Assembly (NCBI GenBank): GCA_001786195.1
Contig: MFVS01000008.1
Span: 21,057-85,056, forward strand
DNA length: 64,000 nt
Direction of reading: 5' to 3'
Source: Candidatus Nomurabacteria bacterium RIFCSPLOWO2_12_FULL_40_42
Lineage (GTDB): Bacteria > Patescibacteriota > Minisyncoccia > Phycocordibacterales > UBA9973
The notes under the pieces: model-generated
What the model was told of the DNA's origin: nothing
Databases searched by the model: none
The model's input: only the letters and a program-made list of their open reading frames with translations
Part shown: in pieces, positions 8,228 through 17,426 of the stretch
How positions within the stretch are numbered: position 1 is the first letter of the stretch
Layout: every line of letters starts with the position of its first letter
Position numbers and translations under genes: made by a program

Positions 8228-10813
8228 TTAAGGATGTGGAGGGTGTGGAGGATGTTCAGGAGGACGACCACCTCCAATAAATGCTTCTGCTAAAGCTGCA
8301 GCTGCTAAGTCTCTGCCAAATTCTGCTCCTGGCGTATGTACGTCAGTTTTTTCTTCTTTTGGTTTTACTCCCATTCTTATTGCATGAGCAGACTCTCTAC
8401 GCGCGGCTTTGTTCCAAGGCCAGGCAAATGAATTTTCAATATCATTGGCAAATGCTCTTATTCTTTTCTCTCCAACTTCTTTTACCTTATGTTGAAGATC
8501 TGGAATTATTTTATCTTCAAGTTGATCCATTGATCTTCCGCCACCATGTTTGGCAGAAGCAAGTGCTGCCTTTGCTACTGCTGCTGCATTTTCCAATTCC
8601 GAAGCGTTGGAGGCTCCGGCTGTAATAGCTGCCAATGCCGCCGCCTCTGCTCTTTCCGCCTCTGCCTCTAATTCAGAGACCCTATTAACATCTCCTGTTG
8701 CCTTCTTTATCTTATCCTTGAATTCTTTTAACGTTGCCAGTTTATCATTTGCTGCTTTCTTAGCTGCAACTTTAGCAGGATCATTAACATCCATAGCCAT
8801 AGCCGATGCCAAAGTGTTTTGCTTAGCAGGATCGGTATCAGCCATTGCTCTTGCAGCACTTATGGCAGCTTCTCTAGTTGCAACCTTATTAGAATCAGTA
8901 GTATCTCTTGAATTTAAGTCACTTGCATTTTTTCTTGCCGACTCAATCTTTTTATTAAGTTGCTCAAGTTCGTGTGAACTTTCCAAGGAGAGGGCCTGAA
9001 TCGCGTCTTCAGCTGCATTTAATTCCTGTTTCTCTTTTTCGCCTTCCTTGGTTTTAAGTCCTGCAGCTCTCTTCTTTCTCTTTTCGTCTCGTCCCTTCAA
9101 ATCAGCCATGTATCCACCCTCTTCCGTTGAAAGGTATTTTCCTCCTCCTAAGTTGACCCCGGTTATTTTAGATACAGCACCAAAAGCTCCGCCAAACGCA
9201 CCCTTTCTTATATCAAAACTCGAACCCGCAAATCCTCCCTTGCCATCATCTCCACCTGCGATAGTTCTTCCCATACTAGCCAAACGTCTCTGGGCCCAAT
9301 TGCCCTTTGTTTCCCAATCTTGCATCTTTGTACTGTCAAAAACTTTTTTACCTAAATGCCCAGCAGTTCCCTGCAGGACTTTGGCCCCAACCATCATCGT
9401 TCCGCCGGTCGCTGCGCCGATGGCAAGTCCGGTGACCACCTTACCAATTCCTGATGCTATCTCTGCAATTTTTCCTCCTGCCGCTTTAGCAAAGTGGATC
9501 GCTTTGAGAAGCAGAAACATGCTTATTAATGCCGGCAATATTAAAGACAATATATACGGGATAAATCCTTCACCAGTCAGAAGTTTCATTTTCGAATATT
9601 CCTTCAATAACATAAATATCAAATACATAAAAAACATAAAAACTGGAGCCATAAAAGACATTTTAATCAAACGTTTATGCCAGGCGTTCCAGCCCAGATA
9701 TTCCACACCTTGAAGTGCCGGTAAGGCGAAAGACATAAAAGCGAAAGGGGCAAAAATGATCAAAGCCCAAAGTTCGAGCAACCTGCCCAAAAATGCGGCT
9801 CCGGCGACGAAAAAAGCGAAGGCAGCAAAGAACATGATAGATCCAGAGATGATCATTAATCCAAGTGTCAACCCGAAAGGAAGGTTTTCTTTTGATTCTG
9901 TTTTTTCGCCTAATACCGTTATTGTTTTCAGTTTTTTAAGTGTAGGAAAGTCTACCAGCTTAGTAGGGTTAAATGCCTCAACTATCTCGCCAGATATATC
10001 TTTTTCTGTACTGCCTGCAGATTGATCATACACTTTTTGTCTTCCTGGGTTAACTTTCAGTTTATTATAGAAAACCAAAGCCAGAATATTAGAAGAATCT
10101 ATAACCACTTTTGTGAAAAACATTGAAAAGTTTATAAGTAAAGCCATGATTATTACCCAAACTACCGCCTTTTTAGTTTCATGTCCTATCCCTAAAATTG
10201 TTTGAATCGCTACATAAAGTAAAATAAGGATGAAAAAAATATTAGAAAGATCACGCACTACAGCCCAAGCGCTAGATACGAAACCCGAGTCGGTCAAGAC
10301 CGCTAGCTTATTTATCCCAACAGACACCATGGCATTAAAGAAGTTTGCAGACAATATAAGCAGTAAATTTGGGAGTTGGAAGTAAGTGTAGTAAACAATC
10401 CATAAAAAACATCCCTTCACAAGTTGAGATAAATCAAAAGTAGCTCCGCAACCGTTATTAATTTCTCCTCTAAATGTATCAGCTTCTGTTTTTGGTGTTG
10501 TTCCTGTCGCCCCTGCTGCTAGGGTTGCTGGTGTTGCTGGCGCAGGATTGCTAGGGCTGTATGGAGTAAAAATACCTATACCACGACAGTTCTCTGGAGT
10601 GGAGGGGAAAGGTGCTATGTATGTTATTCCACTCGTGCGCTGACAAGTTCCCGTTGCTACCACAGGTGTTGGTGTAGGTGCTGGTTGCGCCTCCACTTGT
10701 TTCCCTCCCGGCCCAAAAAGTCCGACGAGGATAAGCAGTATCAATCCCGTTAGAAGCAATTTACGAATAGTTGGGGATTTTGTTGTATTTCGTGTTAAAT
10801 TATTTTGTGACAT
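8228..10813 (-). CDS. VirB6/TrbL-like polytopic membrane protein with long Ala/Lys-rich coiled-coil tail
   Basis: 861 aa. Signal peptide, Pro/Thr-rich linker, at least 6 predicted TM helices in the middle, then a C-terminal coiled-coil region ending in PPEHPPHPPHP. Heads the T4SS-like operon. Confidence 0.45.
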   Translation of the reverse strand: MSQNNLTRNTTKSPTIRKLLLTGLILLILVGLFGPGGKQVEAQPAPTPTPVVATGTCQRTSGITYIAPFPSTPENCRGIGIFTPYSPSNPAPATPATLAAGATGTTPKTEADTFRGEINNGCGATFDLSQLVKGCFLWIVYYTYFQLPNLLLILSANFFNAMVSVGINKLAVLTDSGFVSSAWAVVRDLSNIFFILILLYVAIQTILGIGHETKKAVVWVIIMALLINFSMFFTKVVIDSSNILALVFYNKLKVNPGRQKVYDQSAGSTEKDISGEIVEAFNPTKLVDFPTLKKLKTITVLGEKTESKENLPFGLTLGLMIISGSIMFFAAFAFFVAGAAFLGRLLELWALIIFAPFAFMSFALPALQGVEYLGWNAWHKRLIKMSFMAPVFMFFMYLIFMLLKEYSKMKLLTGEGFIPYILSLILPALISMFLLLKAIHFAKAAGGKIAEIASGIGKVVTGLAIGAATGGTMMVGAKVLQGTAGHLGKKVFDSTKMQDWETKGNWAQRRLASMGRTIAGGDDGKGGFAGSSFDIRKGAFGGAFGAVSKITGVNLGGGKYLSTEEGGYMADLKGRDEKRKKRAAGLKTKEGEKEKQELNAAEDAIQALSLESSHELEQLNKKIESARKNASDLNSRDTTDSNKVATREAAISAARAMADTDPAKQNTLASAMAMDVNDPAKVAAKKAANDKLATLKEFKDKIKKATGDVNRVSELEAEAERAEAAALAAITAGASNASELENAAAVAKAALASAKHGGGRSMDQLEDKIIPDLQHKVKEVGEKRIRAFANDIENSFAWPWNKAARRESAHAIRMGVKPKEEKTDVHTPGAEFGRDLAAAALAEAFIGGGRPPEHPPHPPHP

Positions 10814-10849
10814 AATTACAATTAATTTTCAATTTTCAATAATCAATTT

Positions 10850-11227
10850 TCATTTTCTAGCGGAACTTGCGATTTTTTGAAAAATAAGCGTTAACTCCTG
10901 GCACTCCTTCCATTGTTTTAGTAAGCCAAATTGCAGATCGGTATCACAAGTAGTCAACATTCTTAGCCAGTGCTTTGTTTCCTGCGTCTCTTTTTTGCAT
11001 ATAAATATTTTATTGATGAAATCTTTTTTAGAACTTGCGCCGTTTGCTTCCATATAGTTGGCTCCTATACTTGTGCCAGATCGAATTAGTTGAGAAATAA
11101 GAGGTCTGGTTATGGTATCTTGCTTTAACTTCTTGCACAATAATATCAAATTTTCACCAAATTTTGCAGTTCTTTCTTCTAAGTCGTAAACGCGAGAATT
11201 TGCAATTTTTGAATTTTCAGTTTTCAT
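10850..11227 (-). CDS. four-helix-bundle protein (TIGR02436 / 23S rRNA-intervening-sequence protein family; Avd homolog)
   Basis: 125 aa with the hallmark SIGANYMEANGASSKKDFINKIFICKKETQETKHWL motif. Confidence 0.8.
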   Translation of the reverse strand: MKTENSKIANSRVYDLEERTAKFGENLILLCKKLKQDTITRPLISQLIRSGTSIGANYMEANGASSKKDFINKIFICKKETQETKHWLRMLTTCDTDLQFGLLKQWKECQELTLIFQKIASSARK

Positions 11228-11316
11228 TGAATTTTTAATGTTTTAAAATTGATTCATTGGGTCTTGGTTGAAAATTGTAAATTAGAAATTGAAAATTTAT
11301 TCTGCATTTTAATTTC

Positions 11317-11631
11317 TTAAACCACCCGTATCCCAGTCTTTCTAATTTCGTAAGCAAGCGGATCAGCATTGTTTTTAAAATCTTCTTCAGTAAAACCGTG
11401 GAACTCAATACGATTATCTACCGCATCACGAAAATCCCAAAGTTTCTTATAATTCCTTCCAAAACGATTTCTAAATTTTGGAGAAATTACAGCGATATCT
11501 ATGTCGCTATCTTTATGATTTGTTCCTCTGGCTCGCGAGCCAAAAAAATATACAGAAGAAAATGGGAATTTCTCCTTTTTTAATTTTTTAGCAAATCGTC
11601 TTACAATTTTTATTGTTTCTGATTTTGACAT
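11317..11631 (-). CDS. nucleotidyltransferase (MNT-type antitoxin)
   Basis: FFGSRARGTNHKDSDIDIAVIS minimal nucleotidyltransferase motif. Overlaps the upstream HEPN gene by 22 nt. Confidence 0.75.
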   Translation of the reverse strand: MSKSETIKIVRRFAKKLKKEKFPFSSVYFFGSRARGTNHKDSDIDIAVISPKFRNRFGRNYKKLWDFRDAVDNRIEFHGFTEEDFKNNADPLAYEIRKTGIRVV

Positions 11632-12011
11632 AACGATTTATATAATTTAGTAATTTTTTCTAATTTATCCTTAGTATATTTTTCCGTACAAATTTTATAC
11701 AACTTCAATTTTTGTTCTGGATATCTAGCACGAATATTAAAAGCGCTAATAGTTTTTAATAGGTCTAATTCATTCTTGTTTAAAGAGATCTTTGTTAATT
11801 TTGCCAGCCTGATTAAATCATGAGTGAAAGGCGCTTGTTCTCCCGTTTCTTGAACGACCAGACCTTTCTGAGTTTTTTCCAAAACAATATGCCCAAAAAA
11901 CAAACTTTCTGGATAGCGCTTAATCTTAAAAAGACCGAGCATGGTGTCATAATCTCTTTTTGCAGTTATTTCCCAATATTTTACCGCTCCTCTTGTTTCT
12001 TTTTCAGTCAT
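11610..12011 (-). CDS. HEPN-domain protein (toxin partner of MNT)
   Basis: 133 aa helical protein encoded immediately upstream of and overlapping the MNT gene, the classic HEPN/MNT pair organisation. Rx4-6H-like C-terminal region. Confidence 0.65.
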   Translation of the reverse strand: MTEKETRGAVKYWEITAKRDYDTMLGLFKIKRYPESLFFGHIVLEKTQKGLVVQETGEQAPFTHDLIRLAKLTKISLNKNELDLLKTISAFNIRARYPEQKLKLYKICTEKYTKDKLEKITKLYKSLCQNQKQ

Positions 12012-12442
12012 ACCTTTATTTTAGCATTATTAAGTGTTTAATGCATGACCTAAAAGAGATTAAAAATACTTCACTAATAAATTTCCTCAAGTCAATCATT
12101 TCCTTGAAACAACAGGGTGTTTAGAGCTTTTATTTTTGCGGTTCAGCAGGCCTACCTGCTTACACCGGAGCTTCCCACCACTCAGGGTCTTTGCTCAAAA
12201 TGGGCTTTAATTTTCCCCAGTTGCAACTCGGTACTCATTAAAGTTATTCCCACTGGCTCGTTCACTTACTGGAGCCGCACTTCTAGTGTAGAAGAAGTTA
12301 ATTTTGTTTCTGTTGTACTATCGAAGCTAGCTCTGTTATCACTAGCCCCGATATGCACTACCCCCACTAAGGGTTATTATGCGAGGAAATTTATTAATGA
12401 ACTATTTATGCAGTATAACACAAAAAGAAAACACCACAAGAG

Positions 12443-14659
12443 TCAATTCACCGTAATATTAACCAGGAAGGTCTGCGGATGCGCGATCGATGCATCTTTG
12501 ACTAGTACCGAAGTTATGCCGGCTGTCCTATAATTGGTGATTCGGAGAGTTTTTCTGTTGATTATTTGAGCAGTGGCGATTCTGGAATCAGGCTCCGTTT
12601 GGATGCTATAATTTCCCATTCCGCCGGTGATAGTTAGGTCTCTAAAACAATAATTGTAAGTACTGTAAAGGCCGCAAATTCTGGTTGTATAATTCGATAG
12701 ACTTACGACCAAAGGATCGGTGACGATAATGCTAGTGTTATCGAATTTGGTGGCCAGGGATGAATCTTTGACCATGACTTGGGTCTCCCCTTGCTTCTTG
12801 CCAGTGATTGTAAGAGTGTCGAAATTTGGTCCGAGAATCTGAGCCGTTGCTATTTCGGGGTTGAATGTTGTTACGATTTTATAAGGAGCTGTGCCGCCTG
12901 TGATGGGCAGAGAGTTGACAATTGTACCGGTGATTACTGAAATATTTTGCGGTATGTTTAAGGCTCCGCGTTCTGTTGTCGAGATAATGGCGTTCACTCT
13001 GACAGTTTTGGCAGGTGTTGATGAATCTTTTATTTCAATAAAAGTTGATCCAGGCGCGACACCAGTTACAATTAAGTTTTCGCCAGCTAGGCCCGTCACC
13101 GCAACGGATTGATCTGGGTTTGTTAATATGGAATAAGGTTTTTCCCCGCCAGATATGGTGGTGGTGATTGGGTTGTCGGCGATAGTTACAACGCTTGCCG
13201 GAGTGACTGCTAAAACCCCGATAGCATTTATCGCTATATTAACTATGGCAGTGCATTGTGTCGACAGATTTTGCTCTGGGCAGGAAGTTGACGAGTCTCG
13301 AACTTTGACTTGGGTACTTCCTGGAGCTACGCCAGTAATAGAAAGAGTCGGTCCAGACAATCCAGAGACAGAAATTTCCGCTTTTGCCACTCTGTTGTCT
13401 GGTGGAATTAGAATGCTATAAGGCTGTGTACCGCCGGAAATAATTGTTCGAGTCGTCTCGTCAATTCTAGCTGAAACATTTTGTGGAATGCTTAACGGAG
13501 CAGGTGCACCATAGGTCGATGTTCCACTACTTAGAGTTTGGCCATTGTAGCTCCAGTTGTCTGCAGGAGGCGCGGGGCTGACGGTGCTTGCGAGCGCGCT
13601 CAAACCCGTATCCAAAAGTTTATTGATAAGCGCGTCAAAAATAGCTGCCAGGCTGTTACCTAAAGCTCCGTCGAGCGCAGTGGTAAGGAATGGAACGTTG
13701 AGCGCGTTGAATACTTGATTGGCCGCTACCGAGCCGGGAGTAGTCGAGACTAGACCCCCGGGGCAAGTGTTGTTTTTTGTCCATTCTGCCCTAGCCGCAT
13801 TATTTTCTCTTTCCCATTGCAAAGATCCGCTAGCTCCCGGATATTTTTCCGTATCAAAAGGAAGAGGTTTGTAACTCGGCCTCAAAAATTCATTTGCGCC
13901 ATTGTTGTATTTTGGATTGCTGGGGCAGGTTTGCGGAGAAAGAAATCCCAATCCTTGCTGAAGTTTATCTTTTACCATTTGGGCAGGAGTCATAATCGTC
14001 CCCTCCAGGCGACTTGCCAGGTTTTGCTGAATGAGCATGTTGAACCCTAAATAATTATTTTGCGGATACTGGGTGTTAATGAGGAATCCATTCCAACCCC
14101 CGATATTAAAATCATTTCGGTATTGGACCAAGAGGTCGGGGTCATTGATCACTTTGCTTAAAGTATATTGCGCGTTGATTTCGAGCTGGCTTTTGTAACT
14201 GTCTATTACTTGTAATGCGACTTCTTTGCCGAAGGGAAATCGAAAAGTATCGTAGCCGATCATATCCACTAAATTTTTAACTTGCGACTTGGCTATGTCT
14301 CGAAAGAAGGATTCTGGATTTTCCAGAAATAGCGGCGACCCATGAAAACCGGAGTTTATCCAGTTGATTGTGGCTTGGGTCATCTGTGCTAAGAGTCTCT
14401 TGGCAGCTAATTTAAGCAATTGTTCCAGAAGTTTTTGCATCCAACTTTTATTGTCAATAATAGAACTTGTTGTGGTATTAGTTGTTATTATCTTGAGATA
14501 TATTTGAGCTGGGAAATCATTAACCGGCACGCCGATCGGCGCAGTTTCTTGCGCTTCTGCCTTTTTTACCCCAAAAGACGAAAAAATAGCAGGTGTCAGT
14601 ATAGAAATAATCAAAAGACAAGGGATAAATTTTTGAATTATTTTATTTTTTGTTACCAT
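12443..14659 (-). CDS. secreted protein with four tandem Big_2-like Ig repeats
   Basis: 738 aa. Signal/anchor at the N-terminus. The C-terminal third holds 4 repeats of about 50 aa (SGGxxPYSI...ITGVAPGSTxVxVxDSS). Confidence 0.6.
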   Translation of the reverse strand: MVTKNKIIQKFIPCLLIISILTPAIFSSFGVKKAEAQETAPIGVPVNDFPAQIYLKIITTNTTTSSIIDNKSWMQKLLEQLLKLAAKRLLAQMTQATINWINSGFHGSPLFLENPESFFRDIAKSQVKNLVDMIGYDTFRFPFGKEVALQVIDSYKSQLEINAQYTLSKVINDPDLLVQYRNDFNIGGWNGFLINTQYPQNNYLGFNMLIQQNLASRLEGTIMTPAQMVKDKLQQGLGFLSPQTCPSNPKYNNGANEFLRPSYKPLPFDTEKYPGASGSLQWERENNAARAEWTKNNTCPGGLVSTTPGSVAANQVFNALNVPFLTTALDGALGNSLAAIFDALINKLLDTGLSALASTVSPAPPADNWSYNGQTLSSGTSTYGAPAPLSIPQNVSARIDETTRTIISGGTQPYSILIPPDNRVAKAEISVSGLSGPTLSITGVAPGSTQVKVRDSSTSCPEQNLSTQCTAIVNIAINAIGVLAVTPASVVTIADNPITTTISGGEKPYSILTNPDQSVAVTGLAGENLIVTGVAPGSTFIEIKDSSTPAKTVRVNAIISTTERGALNIPQNISVITGTIVNSLPITGGTAPYKIVTTFNPEIATAQILGPNFDTLTITGKKQGETQVMVKDSSLATKFDNTSIIVTDPLVVSLSNYTTRICGLYSTYNYCFRDLTITGGMGNYSIQTEPDSRIATAQIINRKTLRITNYRTAGITSVLVKDASIAHPQTFLVNITVN

Positions 14660-14670
14660 ATTTTTGTATT

Positions 14671-15624
14671 TTAGTTATTTAACTTTTGTTTTATTGCTTC
14701 GGTAAGCATATTACTAGCCAATCCCAGGTCCGTAGAATTTTTCCCGTATTGGTTTATCGCGCCTATTGCTGGTATGGCGTCTGTATCATAGAACTTAATG
14801 TCACTTATATTTTCCACTACCCGCTCTAGAGTGTTTATAACACTTAAATGCGGATCTGAGATAGGCCTCGGTACGTTTATTTTTGTCATGGCGTCTATTA
14901 TTTTATTTGTTTGTTCTATGATCGGGCCAAGTTTTTCTAGTTCGCTCGTATTAACGTTGTTTTCGTCAGCCATAAATTTTTGCAATATGTCAGGCACGGC
15001 ATAGTTCATTGGATATTTTTTGTAAATATTATTTAAAGCATAGTTATAATCTATAAAAGCTTGAGCATTATTTTCATTTGATATTTTTAGATCGGAAAGT
15101 GAGAACACTTTTCTAACAATTGGGTTTTTGATTCTTTCGGCCAAGGTTGTGCCCAAAGTTTCTATAGCGGTTTGATCCACCATTCCATTTTGGTTTCCAG
15201 CGGCGATGGTCGCGAAAAGTTCTCTGGAAAATTTATCAGTTTCTGTCAAATTTTCCGGGTCCTCGTTTTCTCCATTTTCATTTATTTTAGCATTAGCTCT
15301 TTGTTCTGCTTTGAGTTTGCTTATAGCGTTCTGGTCAGATACCCCGGGGGTGGTTTCTTTCTTGGTAGGGTCCAGTCCATACAAGCCTTCTTCCCAGTCT
15401 AGGATGCCGTCGCCATCGGTATCTTTGTTTACCAAATCTTCGAGAGTCGCACTGTTGTAAGCTAGTCCATTTTCTTGGCTTTTGGACGAGGAGTCGAGAG
15501 AATTTTTGAATGTGGTTTTATTTTTTACAAAAAAAAGCGCAACAACAAACGCAATCGCAAAAGCGATCAGAAGTATCTTTTTATTTTTTAACCAAATATT
15601 TTTGATTATGGAATAATTATACAC
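14671..15624 (-). CDS. membrane-anchored hypothetical protein with thrombospondin-3-like Ca-binding motif
   Basis: 317 aa with an N-terminal TM helix. Contains DTDGDGILDWEEGLYGLDP. Confidence 0.4.
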   Translation of the reverse strand: MYNYSIIKNIWLKNKKILLIAFAIAFVVALFFVKNKTTFKNSLDSSSKSQENGLAYNSATLEDLVNKDTDGDGILDWEEGLYGLDPTKKETTPGVSDQNAISKLKAEQRANAKINENGENEDPENLTETDKFSRELFATIAAGNQNGMVDQTAIETLGTTLAERIKNPIVRKVFSLSDLKISNENNAQAFIDYNYALNNIYKKYPMNYAVPDILQKFMADENNVNTSELEKLGPIIEQTNKIIDAMTKINVPRPISDPHLSVINTLERVVENISDIKFYDTDAIPAIGAINQYGKNSTDLGLASNMLTEAIKQKLNN

Positions 15625-15660
15625 CTTTCCTATAAAGGAAACTAGTTTTTAAAGCTTTTC

Positions 15661-16611
15661 TTGTGTATAATTCCCTTCATGAGGTCATTTTTCTTATTTA
15701 TTTTTATTATTTTATTATTTTATCCACAGACTCCTATAAAAGTTTTAGCGGCGGGAACTTATTCAGACTGCAATATCACTACTGTATTAAGGATGGGTTC
15801 TAAAGGGGCTGAAGTTCGATGTCTTCAGGGAAAAGTTGGGGTAGCTACCGACGGCAGTTTTGGTCCTTTGACCAATGCTGCAGTTAAGGTTTTCCAAACA
15901 AATAATAGATTAACGCCTGATGGAATAGTCGGCCCTATTTCTAGGCTGATACTTAATAGTTTTTTGGCAAATAATGGTATTTATCCGTCGGTTATCAATC
16001 ATCAAGGGTTGAAACCCATGCCTATGCCGAAAATTACAAATAACTCAACAAATGCTAGTCTTAATCCTGTGGATTTAGATCATTTTATATCTACCGTTGT
16101 AGAAGTAAATAGAAAAAATGGAAAGAGTGAACAAGAATTGGCGGTTATAGCAAATATTCTCCGAAAAACAATTACTGAGAGCAAGATTGATTACAATAAA
16201 GAATTTGAAAAGTTGCTTGTAAATGAAAGTCAACAATTAGGCATTAAATCAAATAACACTCCTCCACACCCTAGCATTTTTGATCGCATGATTAAAAAAC
16301 CCCTTTCCTTTTTAGATATTACTTCTTCTGTAGCTCAAGCTGCAACTGGGGCAGGTATAGGGTTCGGTGGCAAATTACTAGCCGCTACTCCTTGTGCCGG
16401 AAGTTGGATGTTGGAAATAACTCCTCTGCCTCCGACGAACGTAGTGCTTTTGAGTTATATTCCGGGCACTCAGGGTTTTGCAAGCTACAATATACCCTTT
16501 ACCACTAATCTACTTGGATTATATGTACCAGGTGGTAACTGTTCTTATGGTCCTGTTAATATAACAACCCAAGGCACTATTCTCCCAATGGTCGGTTCGT
16601 CTCCTCTCTAG
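15661..16611 (+). CDS. peptidoglycan-binding-domain protein
   Basis: Signal peptide. PG_binding_1-like segment GSKGAEVRCLQGKVGVATDGSFGPLTNAAVKVFQTNNRLTPDGIVGP. Confidence 0.6.
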   Translation: MCIIPFMRSFFLFIFIILLFYPQTPIKVLAAGTYSDCNITTVLRMGSKGAEVRCLQGKVGVATDGSFGPLTNAAVKVFQTNNRLTPDGIVGPISRLILNSFLANNGIYPSVINHQGLKPMPMPKITNNSTNASLNPVDLDHFISTVVEVNRKNGKSEQELAVIANILRKTITESKIDYNKEFEKLLVNESQQLGIKSNNTPPHPSIFDRMIKKPLSFLDITSSVAQAATGAGIGFGGKLLAATPCAGSWMLEITPLPPTNVVLLSYIPGTQGFASYNIPFTTNLLGLYVPGGNCSYGPVNITTQGTILPMVGSSPL

Positions 16612-17419
16612 AAGCCAAGACAATCCAGTCTTCCAGTGTTAAATCCTCCGCTCTTTTGTCTTGAAGTTGCTTTCTTTCGAGTTTTTCTGCCGAAATAACA
16701 TTTTTTAAGTTGCCAGAGAGCTTTTTTCGCTTATGGGCGAAGCCGGTTTTTACTATTTGCCAAAATTTAGTCTCGTCTATTTTATTATCTTCGAAAACTT
16801 TGCGGGAAATATTTTTTATGGCTATTATGGCCGAATTTACCTTGGGTACTGGCGAGAAATATCTTTTGTCCACCTTGGCGATCATTTTCGGCTCCCCGTA
16901 TGCTTTGACAGAAATGGAGAGGATGCTTTCTTTGCCGTTTTTGGCCAAAATTCTTGTCGCGACTTCGCGCTGAACCATGAGCACCATACCCTTTGGTTGG
17001 TTTTTTCCCGTTAAGAATTTTTTAAGTATCGCGCCGGTTATGTTGTAAGGAATATTCGCAATTACTTTGTAATTGCGTAATTCGTAATTCGTAATTTCAA
17101 ATTCCAATATGTCACCATGAACTAAATTTAGTTGTCCCGATGAAATTTCTTTTTCAAATTTTATTTTTAAAAATTCATAAAGTTCCCTGTCTTTCTCTAT
17201 CGCTAGAACCTCGCACCTAGTCTCTAGCAACTTATTTGTGAGCGCTCCCCTGCCCGGACCTATCTCTAAAATTATCTCGCCAGGTTTTATCTCCTCCGCT
17301 TCAATAATTTGCCAGAGAGCCTCTTCCGATTTTAAAAAATTTTGCCCTAAAGCCTTTTTGGCTCGGGCGAAAACATATTTGTTTTGTAGCCCCAAATGTT
17401 TTTTAGCTCTGTGTAACAT
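16577..17419 (-). CDS. rsmA: 16S rRNA (adenine1518/1519-N6)-dimethyltransferase
   Basis: LGQNFLKSEEALWQIIEAEEIKPGEIILEIGPGRGALT and ANIPYNIT motifs of KsgA/RsmA. Confidence 0.9.
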   Translation of the reverse strand: MLHRAKKHLGLQNKYVFARAKKALGQNFLKSEEALWQIIEAEEIKPGEIILEIGPGRGALTNKLLETRCEVLAIEKDRELYEFLKIKFEKEISSGQLNLVHGDILEFEITNYELRNYKVIANIPYNITGAILKKFLTGKNQPKGMVLMVQREVATRILAKNGKESILSISVKAYGEPKMIAKVDKRYFSPVPKVNSAIIAIKNISRKVFEDNKIDETKFWQIVKTGFAHKRKKLSGNLKNVISAEKLERKQLQDKRAEDLTLEDWIVLASREETNRPLGE

Positions 17420-17426
17420 AATATAT

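Noticed and set aside
12012-12442. RNase P RNA or tmRNA in the 430-bp gap
   Set aside because: Neither the GGAAAGUCCGG P4 motif nor a tmRNA T-arm/CCA end could be found on either strand. Only weak resemblances (GGGAAGCUCCGG).
12117-12533. 138-aa plus-strand ORF in the long gap
   Set aside because: Low-complexity translation with no start context. It overlaps the end of the minus-strand Ig-repeat gene. Region treated as noncoding.
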